Of a DNA stretch of 64,000 nt, positions 24,172 to 36,034 are shown one piece after another. Under the pieces are notes generated by a model that searched no databases, was not told the origin of the DNA, and saw only the letters and a list, made by a program, of their open reading frames with translations. Position 1 is the first letter of the stretch. Each line of letters starts with the position of its first letter. The stretch is taken from assembly GCA_002189035.1 (NCBI GenBank), contig NEEC01000002.1:5704001-5768000 (forward strand). Direction: 5' to 3'. Position numbers and translations under genes: made by a program. This stretch comes from Utricularia gibba (taxonomy: Eukaryota; Plantae; Magnoliophyta).

Positions 24172-27146
24172 GGAAGCAGTTGCAGTAATAAAAAACTGAT
24201 AATTTTTTATTTCAATTTTTTCTTAAGAAAATATGCATTAGTGATGATATATAGAGGTGTCAGAAAAATTAAAAACATTGGATTCGGTATTTCGAATTCT
24301 ATAATTTTGAATTTTTTGTATATATTTTGTATGTATGTTGTGTAGGTTATAGAAATTTATTGATAAAGATTGATATTTATTTAATCATATCTTATATTGA
24401 AAATATTATTTTAAGAAAACTGAAATTGCATGTCAAATTCAAGTAATATTTTAAATTTAGGTTAAATTTCAGATTTCAAACTAAAAAATAATTTCGATTG
24501 AAATTGAAGATTTTTGGATTTTATCTTTGAAATATTTTACATTATTTTTATATTTCTGAAATTTTCTAAACTTTCTGGTTATCTTACTGACATTTCAGGT
24601 TTTCGGCACAATATGAAATCCAAATTTTTTCCAAACATTGATTTAAAAAATTCCACCTCATATTAATGGTTTTTCCCTTCTTATAATTTAATAAAAAAAG
24701 TCAATATAAAAATCGACATGTATTTAACATGAATAAAAAATTTAAATATCCTTAATGTAATTTAAGGTATATCATACTAAATTCAATATCAGCATTTATG
24801 AATTATATTTATGAGAAATGCATTTCAAGGTTTGATACCATCATTTTGTCCCGTGCTCCCAATACTAAAACACGTGGCTTCATTAGTCTCTTCGTCGACA
24901 TCGTCCTCGAATTGTAGTTTAAAAGGTGTTTTTTTATAGAAAATATTATTTAAATAATAGTTATTTAGTATGTTTTTATGAATACTTTAATAATTTGACT
25001 TTGATAAGCAAAAATAGTATATTATTGTAGAAATGTTATTTTTGTATCAAATAAATTTATAAAAAAAAATTAATTATCATAAAATCAAATTAAACATAAA
25101 ATATATAATGGATATTAGGATCAAACACAAAAAATTGGATGCTTATAGTGTGAAAGTTCATGTATCCTGATAGTCACAACAGATTTTTAAATTTTAGTTA
25201 AATCTAATTGAATGTAAACAACAAGATATGAAATTAAAAGTAATGATAAAACAAATTTTTAAATCTAATTTACAAAACTAAAAATGCAATGCCTAAGGAA
25301 TTTCAAGAGGTGTGTCCGATCAGTTTTTGGTATCAAAATTCTAATTTTTTTCCAATTTTCAATGATGTAGGTCCATTTGGACCAATTTTTATAATTATTT
25401 ATATTAAATTTCTTAAGTTTCTTAGATGATCTTATACTTAGTTTTATTATTTAATAATATAAATAAAACTAGCTTTATCGGACTCTTGTGGTATCTATAT
25501 ATAAAATCTATCTATATACGCACATTTCAATACTTTTTCTCTAAATTTCATTTATTAAGCTATAGTTTTTACATTTTCTCTCTCATGGATTTATAATAGA
25601 ATATTAAGAAAAAAAACACATTCAAACGTCGGTTCGAATTCAAAACCAATACACATCCCTTCTATCTCTAAGACATCATATTAAAATTGAAAATTATAAT
25701 AACATAAATTTAAACTACATAAATATTTGCATTCTATCTCTAAATAATTGGATTAATCTATTCCCTGTCTGTATATAGTGCCTCATACATTTTATGCACA
25801 TTAATTAATCATAACAATATTTACACATAAAAATACAAATAGTATTAAAATTACATATTTGATTCACCGAGCTTGGGGCGGCTCATATTTAAAATAATAA
25901 TTAAAATATCTAATTTCATTATTAAATACTATAATTTTATGTAATAAAACACTAATAAAATGTGTGCTGTCAAATATATATATATTATTAAAATATTTTA
26001 GAATACATAATTGAAAAGAAAACATTTTTGAAATAAAACATTTTTATATCCTATAGGATGAGGTGTTAATTATTTCAATTGACTGATGTCATTTGGTATG
26101 GTATTCTCATAATTGCCCATCAACTTGATCTTTCTATTTCATAGTCAGCCATGTGGTCGGGTAACTCTTTAGGAGTATTTGATTGATGAAAAAAATGATA
26201 AAAAAAGATTTAATTTACTTGGATTTAAATAAAGATGATGTGAATAGATTTGTTTTTGTAATAGTATTTAATTAGTGATATTAGAATTATTATTAAGTAA
26301 AGAGAGAATGGTGATTTTAAATAAACTCGTACATGGAGTTAAAAATATCCACGTATTCTATATCTCATTTAAACCTACGAAGTGTACATCATATCATTTG
26401 TAATCATATTTTAAAATTCATTTAACATTATAAACCAAACATGATCTTATGGGAACAAATCCTTGAATTCCACAAGAGTGGCTCAGCCCCAAGTAGTACA
26501 AGCCTCTTCCTCCAATCATCAAATCATAACTCCTCCACACTTATTTCAAATTGAAAATATGACAAATGATCTTTTACTCCATTTTTCTTGTCCTTGTTAT
26601 GTATTTCCAAATACAATTCTTGTAAAAGTAATATATACATCTAATCAACTTCAGTTTTGATTCATGCTTGCTCAAAAGGAATTTTAAACCCTCATGATAT
26701 ATGTGAACTTGACACCCATCAAATAGGATCGGAATTTTTCACTGAAAAAAATAATTGTCAACAACTCTTTTTATGTAGTTGTATAGTTATATTGAGCTGT
26801 ATTGCTAATTTTACTAGCATAATAAATCTTATGAATTACCTCGTCTGTCAAAAAACATCACCTACTACACAGTCACTTGCGAATAGCATTGTCTACTCTC
26901 ATTGTTAAAGAATGAGTGTAATCACAAGATCCTGTTTCAATGTGTTGAAGGTGTGCATACATTCTGTATCAAAATGAAATTCCGTATTGAGCCATCCAGA
27001 ACCCGGTGTATCAACGAGTGGATACTCGAGTAGCATACTGAATTTGTATTCGAATCCAATATTGATTATCATGAAGAGAATTTTGTGTGTCATAAACAAC
27101 CATGGTTTAGGAACATGAAACCGAAATAAATCTAATATATAACTAA

Positions 27147-28217
27147 TCAAGGCAAAATATCCAATGGTTCGATCCTAGGCCTCAAGCGCGCCACACTTTC
27201 ATGCCATTTAAACAATGGGATGGATCTATATGGGTTATTGAAGATCATCATGCTATCACTATCAGTAAAACCATCCAATGAAACCAAGAAATCATTCCCA
27301 ATAAGCTCAACCACCCCATGATCATTGACTTGATCAAATTGTTGCTTTAGAAGTTGTTTCGGGCTAAAATAGATTGGAATTCTAAAAGGCTTATCCCAAC
27401 TACCCTTTTCCTCATTTAAAAACCAGAGATCAACCCCAGATCCTCTTTCAGATCTTCTTCCTTGTAAGTAAACCCGATCCTCAAATATGTTCAACAGCCG
27501 GCATTTCAAACATGATAGTTCAAAATCCGCTGGAAACGCAATGATCCTATGAGTCTCGGTTGCTAGATCAAAACAAACAATATCGTACATGTTGTAGAGT
27601 TTCCATCTCGTCCATTAAAACTTCCCTTTTAAGAATAGAGAATTATAACATTCCATGTCATCCCATATCTCTAGAGACTGAATTCTTCTCCAAGTATTTG
27701 ATCTCAAGCTATGAAGATATGTTCTTCCTGCTTTGATGGCTACCACCTTGTGATCCTCAGTAGACTCATCAAAACCTAATCCATAATTACGGACTTCAGT
27801 GAGGGGTGTACCAGGGTCACTGAGAAGCTTGATTTCTCTTGTGGATGGATTCCACAGGCAGCAGCAAGAAGGATTAGGTCGGAGTAAGTAGCAGACGATG
27901 CCGTTGCATGAACCAATGAAGTAGTTGCGATTACTTTGAAGCAGTGCTGGGACTTCATCGTCAATTGATTCTGGAACCTGACCCAGTAGCAAGGATTTAA
28001 CAGAAAAGTTCCTTACGATAAATTTCTTTTTAGGGTAAACCTTCTTCTTAAAGAGTAGGTTCGCTGCAGTCATTGTTGAAATGGTGTAATGGGCTTTGGC
28101 AAAGTGATGCCCATCGATCAAGAAAAGCCATGACCGTGAAACAGATCTGAATCGTAAAAGAGATTTTACAGGGAGCCATTTTAGGATCTCCACCAACAAG
28201 TCCTGTGCAATATGCAT
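27147..28217 (-). pseudogene. F-box/FBA copy 3 (subfamily B), interrupted by one in-frame stop
   Basis: AAA GGG AAG TTT TAA TGG: TAA at 27617-27615 replaces the Tyr of KGKLYW, and the same frame continues through MYDIVCFDLATE to 27147. Confidence 0.85.
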
Positions 28218-30179
28218 GGAAGCAATGAAAATCAGTAATGTTGTTCTTTTTGAAGGGAATATGCATAAATTGGGGATGATATATTGGAATTAGAGAAAAA
28301 CAATTATATACAAAATTTTGAAAAGCTTTTTTTATATTGATATGAATTCAATGCAGATTTCAGAAATTTTTTAATACGAATTATCGCATTTCATATTTAC
28401 ATAATCTAATATTATATTTAAAAAGTCTGAATGTTGAAGATTATTTTTTTAGAGAAACACATGCAAGGGTGAGCGAAATTTGAAAATAGTGAAAAGTATG
28501 TTGAAAATCACTATACTACTAACATAAATTTAACACGTGTCTCGTAATATATTGTTAGGACTTAAATCTGATTCTTTGAAATTTTTAATCAATAAAACAA
28601 AATTATTATTTTTAAAACATTCATAAGTATATTGAAGTAAAATTAACATTCCCATATTTCACTTGTGAATACAAAATTGATGCAATAAGAAATATGCATG
28701 GAATTTCATATAAATATTTTAAAAACTTTATTTTCATTTGAGGAACTATATCTTTCAAAAAAAAATCACAATCATTTAGGGTTTAGAGTTCGAATTTTGA
28801 TTATTTTGAAAGTTTTTGGTATCCTTTTGTGAAGTTTTGCTATTTATTTAATGTTATTGTAAAGAGCCTTTCTTATAAAAAGGGTAGTGAAAGTTGGTAT
28901 CTCATCTATAGTTTTTGCTGTTCCAGAAAGGGCATATGAGTTATTTTATCTAACATATCTAGGTAAAGTTAATATTCAATATGGTAGTTTTTATTCCATA
29001 CGCATATATATTAGAAGATGATCACTTTTGTAAATGATGTAAAAAACTAGGGCATATAATCGCTTGAAGAATATGAGTAGGGGCATGGAGTCACCTAACA
29101 TAGATAATGAAATTCACAAGTCTAGAAGTCTAAGGGGTAGACACGGGAGAATGAATTTATTTGACTTAAGTAGGTCGAAGGGCACCATAGTTATAGCAGA
29201 AGTGTGTTTTCAACTCGATTAGTTAATTAGCGAGTCGAACTTATTAACTGGTTTTAAGCAGCTTACCGGTTAATCTAGAGTCCGTACTGGTTTTGGAATC
29301 AGAATATTTTAATTCTAAAATTTAATTTTTTTAAAAAAAAATGAAAATATTGATAAGGTTTTCAAAAATTCCAATGCTAAATTGATAGAAAGGTTCGATA
29401 TACTCGTCAAATACTTCGGTTTTGTGCTTTTGTTAATGAAAATATAGAATACATGTATTAGTAACTATATTTCGAATTATATTATTACTATTTGATGTTA
29501 GTATTTTAATGTATTTAAAATAATTTTTATTAATTCTTATTTGACTGGTCAAAACTAGATTTGAAAATATAGTAGTATGTATAGTATAGTATTCTTGATT
29601 TTCTCATTTTTTGAATTATCAATCATTGTTCATTTATTCACATCATTATTTATTTATTTATTTTTAAATCAAAAACTCAAAATGTTCTAAGAAAACGGGT
29701 GCATCATAATAAACATTCTTTCTTCACTTTTATCCATGTTAATATTCATATTTCGGAAAAAATTGTGAATTTCATATTGGATTTAAAAACTTCAATTTCA
29801 GGAAAACATTTGGTGAAAATTTCAAAATGTAAAAAAAAAAATAATATATTTTTTTATAATAAAAATATATAACACTAATATATATTACTCAATATATCTA
29901 AAAAACTAAAAAAACGTCAAGGCTTTGGGCAAAATTATTTTGTTTCGAGATAGTCTTTGCAAAAAACCATAGGCCAATTTTAATGGTGCTGATTATGTTG
30001 TATTTGGACACTACAAATGAAAACGTATTTGGGAGCAAAATTGTGGAGCATTATTGAACATGACAATCTCATTCTTGAACGTACCACCAATACTACTACA
30101 TTCCAAGCAAGATAAGAAGAGTTTCTTACCAGAAAAGAATCAGTAAGGTGGCCATTCTATCTACCCTTGATCGATATAT

Positions 30180-30700
30180 TGTTGTATACAATTGATATCA
30201 GACAACAAATTTGACTGCAAAAATCAAGAAAAATAGACATCAAGATTTAGCGTAGTTCACCACAAAATAAGGGTTACATCCAAACTCAATTTCAAAAAAA
30301 ATTCACTATTTACCACAGTAAATATAAAATAGAATTACCATGATAAACTACCGGATTTTACTTTATCCCCAAAAATGAATAGGAAAAAATACTATTTTTC
30401 TCCTTTCTGTATTCTATTCTCGAAAACCGAATTACTACCGAACTCACTCAAAAACACCTCAAATGCTACGAGCTCTTGTTGGGATTGGATTGGAATGATC
30501 TATGGGGAAGTGTTCCCCTCTATTTATAGAGGGAACCATCAAACCTCTCAGCCAACCCCACCAATCTTTTCTCTCCGATCAATGCCATCAATTGCATGTT
30601 TTTTATTCTAATACCAAATATTACAATTCAAATTTATCTTGTATAATATTATCTGATTTGAACACTCAATTCTCACGGTCCTACATTCTCTCCTTTCAAG
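30180..30700 (-). mobile_element. LTR with adjacent polypurine tract (3' LTR of a truncated element)
   Basis: Minus strand: purine tract GAAAGGAGAGAA directly before TGTAGGACC (30685), internal CTCTATAAATAGAGG, and a probable CAACA end at 30180. The left boundary is less certain. Confidence 0.55.
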
Positions 30701-30936
30701 TAAAAAACTCCATATAAGATTAGCAAGGTATTATTTGAAGCTCAATGTGCCATGATACTTACATGTGCATGGATTAAATTTACAATAGTAATAACTCATA
30801 TCATAAAAGGTTTAATACTTTTATTTGAATATACAATGAGTTATAATATGACTTGCGAAATAACATCATCATCATAGAAAAGTCATCACAAAGGCATCAA
30901 CTTTGCATCTCTAATCCATAGAGATACATCAAACGA

Positions 30937-32019
30937 TCAATGGATCTCAAGTTTAATTCTTGAGCTCAAATGCATTAAACTCTCTTGGTATTTGAATAAA
31001 GGAATAGACATATAAGGGTTCTTTATTACCATCATCTTATTTCCATTAATAGAGCCATCCAATGAAATCAAAAAATCATTTCCAATAAGCTCAAACATCG
31101 CATTACTAGTGACTTGTGCACAACGCTCCAATGAAGCTGCTCTTCTTCGCCAATATATTGGAATTCTAAAAGGCTTATCCCAAGTACCACTTCCTTCATT
31201 CAAAAACCAGACATCCATCCAAAACCTTCTCCCAGTCCGGTATCTTCTTCCTTGCACGTAAATCCGATCTTTGAAAATGTTCACTAGTGGGTAATTCAAT
31301 CTCGATATATTATACTTAGCCGGAAACGCAATGATCGTATGAGTTTCAGTTGATAGATCGAAGCAGATAATATCGTACATCCCCCGAACAACACTAGACC
31401 TCATCCAATAAAGCTTCCCCTTGAGAAATAATCCACTCGGGCCATCATATATTTCAAGGGGCGCAATTCTCTTCCAGCACATTGACCTCAAACCATAAAC
31501 ATATGTCTCTCTGTGGTTGATCGCTACCACCTTGTGATCCCCACTCACTTCATCGAAACCGAAACCGTGCATATGGAACCTGGAGATAGATGTGATGGGG
31601 TAGTCAATTACCTTCATTTCTCCAGTGGATGGATTCCATAAGCAGCACCCAGAAGGATTAGCTCTGATTACGTAGCACAAGATGCCGTTGCATGAGCCAA
31701 TAAACCAGTTGTGGTTGCTTTGAAGCACCTTTGGGACTTCACAATCAATTGTTTCCTGAATTTGACCCAGTAGCAAACATTTCAATGCAAAATTTTTTAC
31801 AAAGAACGTTGTGTTAGGGTAAAACTTTGTCTTAAAGAAGAGGTGAGCGGGAGCTCTTCTTGAAATGGCGTGATGAGCTTTGGTGAAGTAAGAACTGTCG
31901 ATTAAACAAAGCCATGACTTCGAAACTGATCTGCACCGTAGAAGACATTTCACAGGAAGCCATTTCAGGATCTCCACAAGAAGATCATGTGAAATATGCA
32001 TGGAAGAAGATGCAACCAT
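30937..32019 (-). CDS. F-box/FBA protein, copy 4, 360 aa, C-terminus altered by a 1-bp insertion
   Basis: Same FBA motifs. The A-type tail (ELNLRSIDRLMYLYGLEMQS, stop at 30899-30897) is present but out of frame after about 30960. Confidence 0.88.
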   Translation of the reverse strand: MVASSSMHISHDLLVEILKWLPVKCLLRCRSVSKSWLCLIDSSYFTKAHHAISRRAPAHLFFKTKFYPNTTFFVKNFALKCLLLGQIQETIDCEVPKVLQSNHNWFIGSCNGILCYVIRANPSGCCLWNPSTGEMKVIDYPITSISRFHMHGFGFDEVSGDHKVVAINHRETYVYGLRSMCWKRIAPLEIYDGPSGLFLKGKLYWMRSSVVRGMYDIICFDLSTETHTIIAFPAKYNISRLNYPLVNIFKDRIYVQGRRYRTGRRFWMDVWFLNEGSGTWDKPFRIPIYWRRRAASLERCAQVTSNAMFELIGNDFLISLDGSINGNKMMVIKNPYMSIPLFKYQESLMHLSSRIKLEIH

Positions 32020-33635
32020 GAAAATTGCTAAGCTTTTTTTTTTTTTTCACGTTCTCATGGAATACACATAATGCATTGGTGATTATATATAGGCATGAGC
32101 AAAAAATAAAAACACTGGATTCGTCATTTGGAATTCGATAATTTTAAATTTTTATGTATATTATGTAGGTTATAGAAATTTATTGATAAAGACTGCTATT
32201 TATTTAATTCTATTTTATATTAAAATATTATTTCAATTTAATTCTATTAACATATTAATTTTTTAATTAAGATTTCAAATTTATGTGAAATTTTAAATTT
32301 TTGGCCTAAAAATAATTTCAAATGTAAATTGAGATTTTTTAGATTTTAATTATCAAAATATATTACATTAGTTTTTATATTTTTGAAATTTTCTCATAAT
32401 TTTGATTATGTTTATGAAATTTCAGTTTTTTTTTATATAATAAAAAGTCCAAATGTTTTCTAGAACATTAATCTCAAGAGATTTCACACTCATAGCGAAT
32501 GGCTTTTTATATTATAATTCAACAAAAATTACGTATTAGATAAATAATTTTATAATTAACCAAAATGTTCATAACACATAATTGATTACAAAATTTTTTT
32601 AAACTAGAAAATATATGATTGTATTTCATCATTGTAGATTAACAAAACACATTATTTAGAGATTTTTTATTCTTAGATTGATTTTTTTGCATTTGAGTAT
32701 TTTAAATAGGACTCATGAATGGAGCTAACTTCAAGGAAGAAATTGTTGGCATGAAGTCATGTTCCTAGTCAACCAGCCAGCAAGAACATGTGCAGGTTTA
32801 CACTCACTTGAACGAAGTTCATGCAACCTGAATTTCTCAAACGGCAGATGATCATACATGATCCCGTGATCATCTACTTGCATGTTGATTATATGATTAT
32901 GTGATGAAGTTTGTTAGCGAAGGTGATTTTCGGTTTGCAAAACATATGAGTTTGATTGAATGTTATTTAGTTTGTTTGATCATGTTCTGATTATCATCTT
33001 TATCAAAAAGTTTCAGCTATTTGTCAATTGAGTTGTAGCTTTTTAAGTTCCAAGTCTATTTCATTTGCCTCTCTTGTCTCTAGGCACTCAAACACATGAC
33101 CAAATCTTGGTTACACTTATAAACTTTGTCCAAATAGTAAAGCAATAATTTAGCCATACCTAAACCGATATCATTGACAAGATAATTAAGAACATAAGAA
33201 TAGACAAAATGTTTTCTGCAGTATCTTATATTAGTATATATAGTATTGGATCGAATTGCAATGATGGTTATCAGTATAGCGATTGAATACGCAGATCGTA
33301 TCACAATTGTAATTGAAAGCCAAGGTGAATACAAAAGCAATAGCAGCATAAAATGAAATAATAAAGTAAGTGGATGAAAAAAAGGGGGTATTTCGAAATC
33401 TGACCACTCTCTCACTACTTTGTATAAGAAATCTAGTCATACTTAATGTAATTTTTTTAACGTAGTATGTATAAGAGAGTGTTAAGGTGACCAAATTTGT
33501 AAATTAAATATGCTGAATACAATACCCAGCTTAGTTTATGACTATAAACAAAATGAATTGAGACAAAAAAACAGATGTATGGAGAGCCCCATTTTCACTG
33601 ATTCAGGGCTGGCTTCAAGCTTCGAAACATATAGT

Positions 33636-34751
33636 TTAAGGGGTGTAGGGTTCTTGTGTTCTTGGCCTCAAACGTATTATACTCTGTTCGAATTTAAACG
33701 AAGGGTTGGCACTATAGGGGCTCTTCAGGATCAGCATGCTGCTCCTATTTGTGAAACCATTCACTGAAATCAAGAAATCGTTTCCAATAAACTCAATAAT
33801 CCCATTATCAGTGACTTGTGGGTAGTGTTTGTTTGCAGCTTCATTCACTCGCCAGTAGATTGGGATTCTGAAAACCTCGTTCCAGGTACCAGTTTCATCG
33901 TTTAGAAAGCACAGATCAACGCATGCTTCTCTTCCAACCTCGAATCCTCTTCCATGAACGTAAACCCGATTCGCAAAAACGTTGATTAGTCTGTGTTTTG
34001 AACGTGAAAATTCATAACCCATTGGAAATGCAATGATCGTATGGGTCTCAGTTGCCAGATCAAAACAAACCATATCATCCATCCCGGAAACTCTCGACCT
34101 TACCCAGTAAAGCTTCCACTTCAGAAAAATGGCTTTCAAGGATACTAGATCTGATATCTCAGGTGGCAGCGCGATTCTTTTCCAACGATTGTTCCTCAAA
34201 CTGTAGACGTACGCTTCACCGGACCTGATGGCTACCACCTTATGGTCTCCGGTGGACTCATCGAACCCGAACCCATACGAATGGAATCCGGGGATGGCTG
34301 CCACGCCGACGGGGTCGTCGAGAAACTTCATTTCTCTGGTGTATGGATTCCACAGGCAGTAACAACAATCCCCTAGTGTTTGGAGTAAATAGCATACTAT
34401 ACCTTTGAATGAGCCAAGGAAATAACTGCGATTTCTTTCAAGTAGTCCTGGGACTTCATCGTTAATCTGTTCCAGAACTCGACCAAGTAACAAGGATTTA
34501 ACAGAGAATTCTTTGACTAGGAATTTCCGGTGAGGGCAAACCTTAGCCCTGAACAATACTCGACGGGGAGCCATTCTTGAAATGGCGTAGTGAGCTTCAG
34601 CGAAGTAACTACTGTCGATCAAAAACAGCCATGATTTGGAAACAGATCTGAATCGCAAGATCGATTTTACAGGGAGCCATTTCAGGATCTGCACCAGCAA
34701 GTCATGGGAAATGTGCATGGAAGAGGAAGCAGAACCCATGATGAAAATCAA
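33636..34751 (-). CDS. F-box/FBA protein, copy 5 (subfamily B), 371 aa
   Basis: Intronless. QILKWLPVKSILRFRSVSKSW, LWNPYTRE, GFGFDESTGDHKVV, MVCFDLATE. Start may be the downstream Met (MHISHD). Confidence 0.9.
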   Translation of the reverse strand: MIFIMGSASSSMHISHDLLVQILKWLPVKSILRFRSVSKSWLFLIDSSYFAEAHYAISRMAPRRVLFRAKVCPHRKFLVKEFSVKSLLLGRVLEQINDEVPGLLERNRSYFLGSFKGIVCYLLQTLGDCCYCLWNPYTREMKFLDDPVGVAAIPGFHSYGFGFDESTGDHKVVAIRSGEAYVYSLRNNRWKRIALPPEISDLVSLKAIFLKWKLYWVRSRVSGMDDMVCFDLATETHTIIAFPMGYEFSRSKHRLINVFANRVYVHGRGFEVGREACVDLCFLNDETGTWNEVFRIPIYWRVNEAANKHYPQVTDNGIIEFIGNDFLISVNGFTNRSSMLILKSPYSANPSFKFEQSIIRLRPRTQEPYTP

Positions 34752-35445
34752 TAATGTTATTCTTGAAATAAATATGCATGAGTTGGTGACGATAAATAGG
34801 AGTGAAAAAAAAAAGCAACATGTCTAATTTTAAAAATTTAGTATGTTTGTTATGAATTTTATGCACCTTTTAGAAATTTTGTAATCAAGATTTAAGGTAT
34901 AACAATGCTTAAAATCTGAAAACAAAATTGGATTTCAAATTGGACCAAAAAATCAAAATTTCTACAAGATGATCTAAATTTTGGAGAAATTTCATAGACA
35001 TGTAAAAATAATATAATATATATTGAGAATAAAAATTATTAATAAATATTAGTATAATAGACACCTTGCTTCCAATAAGTTGAAATTCTATTAAAAAATT
35101 CAAAATTTCATCTAAATTTAACACCTTGCTCTAAAATACAAAGAAGTTTTTTGAGTCGAGGGAATGATAATGAAACCCAATTTTGGACTCCGAATTTTAT
35201 CTCAACCATATAGTTATTTTACTGCTTATAATAATTGAAAAAAATATAAAGCATGATTCAACAATAAGATAATGCTCTCGACACTCAAAAAAGAAAATTC
35301 ATTAAATATGAGAATTTAGGCATAATGTGGTCTTCAATCACTATGAACAACATGGTCATCGGACTCCTCGAAATTAGATGAAGTCGATAATGTGTTGGTT
35401 GATCGAATCTTGACCATTCTGAAGTCTTTTGCCAATCCACTAGTA

Positions 35446-35464
35446 GTGTGTGTGTGTGTGTGTG
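35446..35464. repeat. (GT)9 microsatellite
   Basis: Perfect GT dinucleotide run. Confidence 0.9.
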
Positions 35465-36034
35465 AAGAAGTTGGCAAAGTGCACAAAGCAGCTGAGAGGC
35501 ATCTGATTCTTCTGATGCTCATTTTTGCACTAAGAAAAAGTCACTTTGTCTTGAGGGTAGTATGAGATTCCCTTCTCCACCTCAATGTTGTTCCACTTTC
35601 ATCTCTATTGGGAAGTCTTGAGTTTCTTTGAACAGATGACCAGTGGAGCTTTTTTAGATCTTGATGTGTGTGATAAAATAATCTAATGAATAGTGTATTT
35701 AAATTATTTATTTTTATATAAACATATATCATATGATTATAATTAATTATGTATTTCATAATTAAACACGTTTATTAAACAAATGTAGTTCTCAGCATGT
35801 GTTTGGAGGTATACACAAACTTACTAAACATGGCCCTTTGGTTTTGTTCCACAATTTTCCTCTTGTTTCATGTCCTTAACTGCCAATCTCATCCAACCAT
35901 AGTTGTTGCTGGTTTGGTTATCCACCTAAAGTGCTTACATCCCTTTGACAAAGTAGTAGGATTCTAACACCACTTTCTTTTTAAAACAAAGTTGATCCTC
36001 ATATTCTCTATCATCAGTCACGCAGTGCAGTAGT

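Noticed and set aside
25460-25880. Possible Helitron ends (CTAG, TCTATATATA)
   Set aside because: No convincing GC-rich subterminal hairpin next to a CTAG.
32740-33090. Possible further solo LTR (TGTTGG...AAACA) between F-box copies 4 and 5
   Set aside because: No TSD, TATA, PBS or PPT found, and the boundaries are arbitrary.
20546-34751. Calling the F-box array an S-locus (SLF/SFBB) cluster
   Set aside because: No S-RNase in the window, ordinary gene-rich flanks and generic FBA motifs. It cannot be excluded without phylogeny and pollen expression, but nothing here supports it.
35425-35485. Possible miRNA hairpin (TTTGCCAA / TTGGCAAA around the GT repeat)
   Set aside because: The stem is only about 8-10 bp and matches no conserved mature miRNA I recognise.
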